64,000 bases of DNA from Planktothrix sp. GU0601_MAG3 (GTDB lineage Bacteria; Cyanobacteriota; Cyanobacteriia; Cyanobacteriales; Microcoleaceae), in NCBI GenBank assembly GCA_035193785.1, contig CP136572.1, positions 4,212,578-4,276,577 on the forward strand, written 5' to 3'. Below, piece after piece: positions 56,811 to 64,000 of this stretch; the first letter of the stretch is position 1; each line of letters starts with the position of its first letter. The notes under the pieces are model-generated. The model saw only the letters and a program-made list of their open reading frames with translations, had not been told where the DNA came from and ran no database searches. The position numbers were made by a program, and so were the translations under genes.

Positions 56811-57467
56811 ATGAGTCCGATTAATTTTGATATCCAACCCGAAGTTAGCATCATTTTATGTACATACAATCGAGCCCAATATTTAAGTCAATGTATTGAT
56901 AGTGTTATTGATCAAACTTTTAAAAATTGGGAATTGTTAGTTGTTGATGATGGCAGCAATGATCAGACTTTTGAAATCGTTAATCCCTATTTACAAAAAA
57001 TTCAAAATATCCGTTATTTGAAACATAAAAATCGCAAATTAGCCTACTCTAAAAATGTCGGTATTCAAGCCTCGTTTAGCTCTTATATTACATTTTTGGA
57101 TAGTGATGATACCTATGCACCTAATCATATAGAATCTCGTTTTAACTATCTAAAATCTCACCCCGAAATTGATTTAATACAAGGCGGATTCTTTTCTGAT
57201 GAAGATATTATAGTAGCTGACTATTATCAACCTGGGAAAACTATTAATTTAAAAGAGTGTGTTTTAGGCCCGACATTTTTTGGTAAACGTAAAGTATTTT
57301 TTGAATTAAAAGGATTTAATAATATCGCCTATGGTGAAGATACGGATTTTTGGCAACGGGCAGAAAAAGTATTCAAAACCCACAATATTACCAACCCAGA
57401 AACCTATATTTACACAAGAGCAGAAACAAGTATTACTAAGAGTGTTTTAGAGAAAATTTCTTTATGA
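56811..57467 (+). CDS. Glycosyltransferase family 2
   Basis: VSIILCTYNR, VVDDGS, FLDSDD, GED. Confidence 0.9.
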   Translation: MSPINFDIQPEVSIILCTYNRAQYLSQCIDSVIDQTFKNWELLVVDDGSNDQTFEIVNPYLQKIQNIRYLKHKNRKLAYSKNVGIQASFSSYITFLDSDDTYAPNHIESRFNYLKSHPEIDLIQGGFFSDEDIIVADYYQPGKTINLKECVLGPTFFGKRKVFFELKGFNNIAYGEDTDFWQRAEKVFKTHNITNPETYIYTRAETSITKSVLEKISL

Positions 57468-57482
57468 GATTAGGTAATTGGT

Positions 57483-58773
57483 ATGAAAGTTAATATTTTC
57501 TTCTCCCAAATCAGAAGCCATTTTTACCTCATTGTCAGAGTTTTCTTAAGTTTATCTCTAGTATTCCTATCGAGTTGTCAGCCTATATTACCCAAGAATA
57601 ATAATGTCATTCATCTGACACTATGGCAATCAATTAATCCGCCTGTAAATCGGGATGTTTTTGAAAGATTGGTAGACAAATTTAATCAAAAATATAGTAA
57701 TATTCAGGTAGAATCTATTTATGCAGAAGGATTACCAAAAGTATTAACGGCGGTTGTTGGTAATGCTCCTCCAGATATTCTGTCATTTTATCCGCAACTT
57801 ACGGGGCAATTTGTGGAAACTGGGAGCCATTGTTCCCCTAGAAAAATGGTTTGACCAATTACCCGGGAAATCTGAAGTTATTCCTAACACATTGGAGGAA
57901 TTAAAATTAGATGGTCATTTGTGGTCAATTCCTCTTTCTACGAGTAATCTGGCTATTTTTTATCGTCCCACACTTTTTGAAGCCGCGGGCATCAAAGAAA
58001 CCCCGAAAACTTGGGAAGAATTACGCCAAGTTGCTAAAAAATTGACCATATATAAAAATGGCGATAAACTACCCGAACAATATGGAATATTACTACCTTT
58101 AGGCAAGGGAGAATGGACGGTTTTTAGTTGGTTTCCGTTTTTATTAAGTGCTGGAGGTGAAATAGTAACTAATGGTTATCCCAATTTAACAAATGCTGGA
58201 GCTATTACCGCTTTAAAATTCTGGGAAGACTTAATGAAAGATGGTTCAGCTATTCTTTCTAGTCCAGAAAGGGGTTATGAGGAGGATAATTTTCTGGCTG
58301 GTCGTGTGGCAATGCAAATAACTGGCCCTTGGACTTATATTACTAAATCTAATGTGGATTATCAAATCTTTCCTATCCCTGCTAATGTGGAGAAAGCGAC
58401 GGTGATTGGGGGTGGCAATCTTTATGTTATGAAGACTCAGCCAGAAAGGGAGAAAGCAGCCCTGAAGTTTTTAGAATTTGTTTTAAGTGAAGAATTTCAA
58501 ACAGAATGGGCGATAGGGACGGGTTTTTTACCCGTTAATTTTAATTCTGTTCAAAGTCAGGCTTATCAACAATTTCTCAACTCCAAACCTTGGTTAAAAG
58601 TGTTTGTAGACCAAATGCCTGTGGCTCGCTCCCGACCTATTATTGCGGGATATAATCGTTTATCTAATAGTTTGGGTCGAGCCATTGAGTCTACATTACT
58701 TGGTAAATCTTCTGCTGAACAAGCACTTAAAGAAGCTCAAGCACGTTTAGATCTAATTTGGAAAAGAAATTGA
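57483..58773 (+). CDS. Sugar ABC transporter substrate-binding lipoprotein (frameshift at 57816-57820)
   Basis: Lipobox LSSC, PPD, PKTWEEL, AMQITGPW. Confidence 0.85.
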
Positions 58774-58861
58774 TGTGTAGAAATTAGGGAACACCGGAAC
58801 ACCGGAACAGTTCCCCCCTACTGATAATCTTTTGATTCTTGGATTCAGAATCCTCAAGACG

Positions 58862-58975
58862 TGGTATATTGGAAAGGTTGTCTAAAAATCACACATCCAG
58901 GGATTCGGGTGTTTCTAGGGTTTAAACCCTTAGCTGATACGCCTGGATGGAGGATTAACCCGAATTAGGAGTTAT
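58862..58975 (+). promoter_or_regulatory. rpsB promoter (TGGTATATT extended -10) and structured 5' leader
   Basis: CACACATCCAGG...CCTGGATGGAGG..AACCC leader with CATCCAGG/CCTGGATG stem, typical of S2 autoregulatory leaders. Confidence 0.6.
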
Positions 58976-58980
58976 AAAGA

Positions 58981-59772
58981 ATGGGCGTTATTAGTTTGGC
59001 AGAAATGCTGGAGTCTGGAGTTCACTTTGGACATCAGACCCGCCGTTGGAATCCAAAAATGTCTCCTTATATCTACACGGAGCGTAACGGGGTTCATATT
59101 ATTGATTTAGTTCAAACCGCAGAACTAATGGAGGAGGCCTATGATTATGTCAGAAGTTCCTCTGAAGATGGGAAAAAGTTTCTGTTTGTGGGGACTAAAC
59201 GCCAAGCCGCCGGAATTATCGCCAGTGAAGCCGCCCGTTGCGGGGGATATTATGTCAACCAACGTTGGTTGGGAGGAATGCTGACCAACTGGGCGACGAT
59301 TAAAACCCGGGTTGACCGTCTGAAAACTTTAGAAGACCGCGAGTCTAGTGGTTATTTTGATTATCTTCCTAAAAAAGAAGCTTCGGTTTTACGTCGAGAA
59401 TTGACGAAATTACGGAAGTATTTAGGCGGAATTAAAGCGATGCGTCGTGTTCCTGATGTGGTAATTTTAGTTGACCAACGCCGGGAATATAACGCCGTGA
59501 TGGAATGTCGGAAATTAGATATTCCAATTGTGTCTTTATTAGATACTAATTGTGATCCTGATTTGGCAGATATTCATATTCCTGCTAATGATGATGCTAT
59601 TCGTTCAATTAAGTTGATTGTCGGTAAGTTAGCCGATGCAATTTATGAAGGGCGTCATGGTCAAGGTGCAGAAATACCGGAAGAAGATTATGATTACGAA
59701 GCCGAATATGAAGACGATGAAGAAGTTGAAGATATCGGCGATTTAGATTCTGATTCGGAGTCGGAAGAATAA
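58981..59772 (+). CDS. rpsB: 30S ribosomal protein S2
   Basis: [39 protein letters not shown]. Confidence 0.98.
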   Translation: MGVISLAEMLESGVHFGHQTRRWNPKMSPYIYTERNGVHIIDLVQTAELMEEAYDYVRSSSEDGKKFLFVGTKRQAAGIIASEAARCGGYYVNQRWLGGMLTNWATIKTRVDRLKTLEDRESSGYFDYLPKKEASVLRRELTKLRKYLGGIKAMRRVPDVVILVDQRREYNAVMECRKLDIPIVSLLDTNCDPDLADIHIPANDDAIRSIKLIVGKLADAIYEGRHGQGAEIPEEDYDYEAEYEDDEEVEDIGDLDSDSESEE

Positions 59773-59940
59773 AACCTAAAACAAGTTCTCAGGAGTCTTT
59801 TTGGGGGAGGTTTGAAGCCTAATTATCCCCTCGGGACTCCTGGGGTATTGATCTGGAAAAACGCTCTTATTCATTTGTTATACTGGTGGTTAACAGATGG
59901 ATGATAGCTGTAGCAAACCTAGAGTAAATCTGAGGAAAAA

Positions 59941-60601
59941 ATGGCGGAAATCTCAGCAAAAGTTGTTAAGGAACTGCGCGATAAAACGGGCGCGGGGATG
60001 ATGGACTGTAAGAAAGCCCTGATTGAAAATGATGGGGATATCACGAAGTCCATGGAATGGTTGCGTCAAAAGGGTATTAGTTTCTGCGGATAAAAAGACC
60101 TCCCGTAGTGCGACCGAAGGCTTGGTGGGAAGTTATATTCACACCGGTGGACGGGTTGGAGTTATGGTGGAAGTCAACTGCGAAACGGACTTTGTGGCGC
60201 GTCGGGAGGAGTTTAAAGCATTAGTGAATAATATTGCGATGCAAATTGCAGCTTGTCCTAATGTGGAATATGTTTCTATTGATGATATTCCCGCCAGCAT
60301 TACCGCTAAGGAAAAAGAGATTGAAATGAAGCGGGATGATTTAGGAAATAAACCCGATAATATTAAGGAAAAAATTGTTCAGGGACGAATTGATAAGCGT
60401 CTCCAAGAGTTGTCTTTGGTTGATCAACCGTACATTCGCAATCAAGATATTACGGTGGCGGAGTTGGTGAAACAAAGTATTTCTCTGTTAGGAGAAAATA
60501 TTAAAATTCGTCGCTTTGCTCGTTTTGTTTTGGGTGAAGGGTTGCAAAAGGAAGAAAAGAATTTTGCGGATGAAGTCGCCGAACAAATGGGTAAAGCCTA
60601 G
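59941..60601 (+). CDS. tsf: Elongation factor Ts (frameshift at 60080-60084)
   Basis: [37 protein letters not shown]; follows rpsB. Confidence 0.96.
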
Positions 60602-60628
60602 GTTACTTCTGAAGTTAATTGATAGTTG

Positions 60629-60668
60629 GGACTCCGATCTAATAGGAATCTAATTATGATCGGAGTCC
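60629..60668 (+). terminator. Stem-loop after tsf
   Basis: GGACTCCGATC...GATCGGAGTCC 11-bp inverted repeat. Confidence 0.6.
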
Positions 60669-60670
60669 AT

Positions 60671-60717
60671 TAATTTATAATTCGTAATTTGTAATTTGTA
60701 ATTCGTAATTCGTAATT
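60671..60717. repeat. Heptamer tandem repeat (TAATTCG/TAATTTG)
   Basis: Reverse-complement family of the 52320 repeat. Confidence 0.8.
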
Positions 60718-60722
60718 CCTTT

Positions 60723-61544
60723 ATGGCTGGATCAATAAATCGCGTTGATCAGGATATCGCTGCTTTGGAAGAAGCGATCGCTAAAATTGCCCAAGAGTTT
60801 CATAAAGCCTATGAAGTCTATTTAGTCTCCCTGGGGCAAGGGGTACGTCAACAATTAATTTTGGCGAGTTATCACCTCTGTACTCAAACCTATCCTCAAG
60901 CATTTTTAGAATTATCGGTTTCACAACGACAAAAATTACAACAGGAGCTAAGAAATTTAGCCCGACAAATGCAGACGGATTTGTGCGATGCTCTGCACAT
61001 TCTAGTTGCGTTTGAACTTGTAGATGCAGAGGAGGAGGATTTTATCTCTGAACCGGAGGAGGCACAGCCCGAGGAAAATTTGCGGGTTTCTCGGACTCCC
61101 CAAGCGTTGGATTTATTAGCTTGGCAAGAAGGGATTGAAACCGAAATTGTGCGACTGTTGAAATTGCTATCTAAGGATACTAACTTGCTGTTACAACGGT
61201 TTGGACTGTTACCGAAAAAATTACCGGAGGCGATTTTGGAAGTGGCTTCTAAGGCTCAGGCGTCGAGTGATATGGTGGCTGGGCCAGCGAATTTACTCCA
61301 GATTATGATTGAGACGGAGGATGATGACGAGTCCCAAACCTCCTCTATGACCAAGTTAACGGCTATTCATTTGCGCTTGGGGGAAATTGAGTTTGCGGAT
61401 GCTAATGTGATGGCGCGACGTCACCAACTCCGCCATTTATCGGGACAGTTGAGTAGTATTCGTCGGGACTATCAAAAAAAGTTACGCGAGAGGGCTATAC
61501 TTCAGGCAGAATCAGCTTGGCGAGCTAGTTGGTATGAGGATTGA
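60723..61544 (+). CDS. Conserved cyanobacterial hypothetical protein
   Basis: 273-aa ORF between tsf and recG; QQLILASYHLCTQ.YP, EIEFAD, AWRASW. Confidence 0.8.
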   Translation: MAGSINRVDQDIAALEEAIAKIAQEFHKAYEVYLVSLGQGVRQQLILASYHLCTQTYPQAFLELSVSQRQKLQQELRNLARQMQTDLCDALHILVAFELVDAEEEDFISEPEEAQPEENLRVSRTPQALDLLAWQEGIETEIVRLLKLLSKDTNLLLQRFGLLPKKLPEAILEVASKAQASSDMVAGPANLLQIMIETEDDDESQTSSMTKLTAIHLRLGEIEFADANVMARRHQLRHLSGQLSSIRRDYQKKLRERAILQAESAWRASWYED

Positions 61545-61905
61545 AAAAGGTTGTAATGGTTGTGGGTTGGGGCTTTTGAGGTTTTGTTGTTTAAAAAATC
61601 AAGTGTAGGTACGCAGAACCCCCACCAGCATATAACTAAATTATAGCACCCCAAAATTATCCGTGTCAACCTTGATCAAAATTTGCCTGAATTTTTCCCG
61701 AAAATCGAGGAGTGGGGAAACTAGAAAAATCCGCAATGCTATGGATAAAGGCTTTCAAGATTTATTGCCTAAAAAATCAAGTGCAAGCCCAAACCACTGC
61801 CACTAGCATTTGCTAAAATTGTAGCAAAATTGATTTATTATTGTCAACCCCCGGAAAATTTGGCTTAATTCCTATTATCAAAAAGCCGAGTAGAGAGATT
61901 AAAAA
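61545..61905 (-). repeat. Two diverged tandem ~178-bp units, each with a minus-strand sigma70 promoter and hairpin/U-tract
   Basis: TTGACA-N18-TATAAT (61669-61640) and TTGACA-N18-TACAAT (61847-61818); shared CACTTGATTTTTT. Confidence 0.7.
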
Positions 61906-62000
61906 AAAGCAAAGTCAATCTCTGTTATACTGGAGATATTGTATATTATAATAGGCTGTAGTAAGTCACGAAGACAGGGTAATTAGGAAGTTAGATTAAG

Positions 62001-64000
62001 ATGAAATCCTATCAACCGGACTGGTGGAGATTTAGTAAAGCGTTATGCGTAGAAGCAGAACGGGGTTTTACTAATTTACAGGGGAGCCAATATCAGTTCC
62101 ATGAATTTTTTTATGTCAGTTTAAAGGAATTGTTTGAAAATGCACCGCCGGAGACTCAGCAACGGTGTCAAGATTTGGCGGAGGAATTTTTACGCTATCC
62201 TGAGTTAGCCTTAGAAGGCCGACAACATTTAATTGCAGATACCAGAAGGTTTTTATTGCAATTACAACGGTTATTTGAGTGTCGGAATAAGGTATCGGAT
62301 ATTCGGGAAAAAGAACAAAATCGAAACCCCCAAGCCCTTACTACAGGAATAACGGAAAAAGGCAAAAGTGTTGATATTTCCTTAGAACAATCCCTAGAAA
62401 AAATTATCGGGCCTAGAAATAGCGATCGCATCGCCAAATTAGGAATTTTAACCGTATTTGATTTACTGTATTATTATCCCAGGGATCATATTGACTACGC
62501 CCGACAGGTGAAAATCAAAGAACTCGAACCTGGGGAAACCGTAACCCTAATTGCTCAGGTAAAACGGTGTAGTTGTTTTAGTAGTCCTCGGAATAAAAAA
62601 TTAACCATATTAGAATTAGTATTAAGCGATAATACCGGACAGCTTAAAATTAGTCGGTTTTATGCGGGAAATCGATATAGTAGTAAAGGTTGGCAACATC
62701 AACAAAAAACTAATTATGCGACCGGGGCGTTAATTGCAGCATCGGGTTTAGTGAAAAAAAATCAATATGGAATTACCTTAGATAACCCGGAATTAGAGGT
62801 TTTAGATGATGCCGGGGGTCAAATTGAATCAATGAAAATTGGGCGACTTTTGCCCGTGTATCCGTTAGCAGATGGTATCGGGGCGGACGTGGTGAGAAAA
62901 GCCGTAATTGCAGCTTTACCCGCGGCGAAACAATTGCCAGAAGCGTTACCGCAAGAAGTATTAACTCAATATCAATTAATTGGCTTAACCCATGCCATTG
63001 AGAATATCCATTTTCCCCCAGACCGAGATTGTTTATCGGCGGCGAGACGGCGGTTAGTCTTTGATGAATTTTTCTATTTACAGTTAGGATTATTAACCCG
63101 GAGACAACAGCAGAAACAAGTTGAAACCAGTGCAATTTTAGCCCCTATGGGCAAATTAATTGATGAATTTTATCAGATGTTACCCTTTCAATTAACCAAT
63201 GCTCAAGATCGGGTAATTCAAGAAATTCTCCAGGATTTATATTCCCCTGAACCGATGAATAGATTAGTTCAAGGAGATGTGGGGGCGGGTAAAACAGTGG
63301 TGGCGGTGGTGGCAATGTTAGCAGCAATTCAAGCCGGATATCAAGCCGCTTTAATGGCTCCGACGGAAGTTTTAGCCGAACAACATTATCGAAAATTAGT
63401 AGGTTGGTTTAATTTAATGCACCTTTCGGTAGAATTATTAACAGGTTCAACAAAAGTTGGCAAACGGCGTCAAATTCATGCCCATTTAGAAACGGGAGAA
63501 TTACCAGTTTTAGTCGGAACCCATGCCTTAATTCAAGATAAGGTGAATTTTCATCGTTTGGGATTAGTGGTAATTGATGAACAACATCGATTTGGTGTTC
63601 AACAACGAGCCAGATTACAACAAAAAGGCGAATCTCCCCATGTTTTAACCATGACCGCCACTCCCATTCCCCGAACATTAGCGTTGACCTTACATGGGGA
63701 TTTAGATGTTAGTCAAATTGATGAACTACCCCCCGGTCGCCAACCAATTCAAACCACAATTTTAACCGGAAAACAACGACGGGATGCCTATGATTTAATT
63801 CAGCGCGAGGTAGCAAAAGGCCGACAGGTTTATGTGGTGTTACCCTTAATTGAAGAATCGGAAAAATTAGATGTTAAATCGGCGGTGGAGGAACATGAAA
63901 AATTACAGTCTAAGATTTTTCCCGAGTTTAAAATTGGCTTGCTCCATGGTCGAATGAGTAGCGCGGAAAAAGATGGAGCTATTACTCTATTTCGGGATGG
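62001..64000 (+). CDS. recG: ATP-dependent DNA helicase RecG (runs off the window end)
   Basis: DLLYYYPRD, RRRLVFDEF, QGDVGAGKT, MAPTEVLAEQH, DEQHRFGV, MTATPIPRTL read from the sequence. Confidence 0.96.
   Translation, partial: MKSYQPDWWRFSKALCVEAERGFTNLQGSQYQFHEFFYVSLKELFENAPPETQQRCQDLAEEFLRYPELALEGRQHLIADTRRFLLQLQRLFECRNKVSDIREKEQNRNPQALTTGITEKGKSVDISLEQSLEKIIGPRNSDRIAKLGILTVFDLLYYYPRDHIDYARQVKIKELEPGETVTLIAQVKRCSCFSSPRNKKLTILELVLSDNTGQLKISRFYAGNRYSSKGWQHQQKTNYATGALIAASGLVKKNQYGITLDNPELEVLDDAGGQIESMKIGRLLPVYPLADGIGADVVRKAVIAALPAAKQLPEALPQEVLTQYQLIGLTHAIENIHFPPDRDCLSAARRRLVFDEFFYLQLGLLTRRQQQKQVETSAILAPMGKLIDEFYQMLPFQLTNAQDRVIQEILQDLYSPEPMNRLVQGDVGAGKTVVAVVAMLAAIQAGYQAALMAPTEVLAEQHYRKLVGWFNLMHLSVELLTGSTKVGKRRQIHAHLETGELPVLVGTHALIQDKVNFHRLGLVVIDEQHRFGVQQRARLQQKGESPHVLTMTATPIPRTLALTLHGDLDVSQIDELPPGRQPIQTTILTGKQRRDAYDLIQREVAKGRQVYVVLPLIEESEKLDVKSAVEEHEKLQSKIFPEFKIGLLHGRMSSAEKDGAITLFRD

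Noticed and set aside
508..60601. Mass pseudogenisation or programmed frameshifting of split genes
   Set aside because: Essential genes (pheS, tsf, infC, ispE) are hit, I saw no in-frame nonsense decay, and all breaks share one 4-bp motif on either strand; a sequencing artefact fits best
62195..63678. Four minus-strand ORFs in the track
   Set aside because: Antisense shadows of recG, which the track omits because it has no stop within the window

Overview
This is chromosomal DNA from a filamentous cyanobacterium, very probably Planktothrix: it is HIP1 (GCGATCGC)-rich, has heptamer tandem repeats, psaM and ndhS, and its microviridin precursor leaders match the P. agardhii MvdE/MvdF type. Most of the window is housekeeping genes (sds, mntA/mntC, rsmA, ispE, aroQ, cinA, dusB, argF, ndk, speA, infC, surE, pheS, folC, rpsB, tsf, recG). 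It also holds a complete microviridin RiPP cluster (mvdABCDEF; both short precursor genes are absent from the ORF track), tRNA-Leu(UAA) with a group I intron, an ISAs1 element with a 10-bp target duplication, a VapBC-like pair, a CHAT/DUF928/CHASE2-cyclase operon and an AT-rich glycosyltransferase/methyltransferase block. Four observations stand out. (1) All 28 frameshifts I could locate, in 26 genes including essential ones, are extra bases at GAAC/GTTC (read as GAAAC/GTTTC). This points to a motif-specific base-calling artefact, and the motif is the classic DNA phosphorothioate (Dnd) consensus. (2) A DUF559 nuclease gene is fused at both ends to an array of ~180-bp REPIN-like palindromic units that also carry cargo genes. 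(3) Two tandem ~178-bp units upstream of recG each contain a near-perfect sigma70 promoter followed by a short hairpin and U-tract, suggesting tiny RNAs. (4) An SDR gene has an internal deletion whose apparent junction is a HIP1 site. All calls come from reading the sequence; no searches were run.
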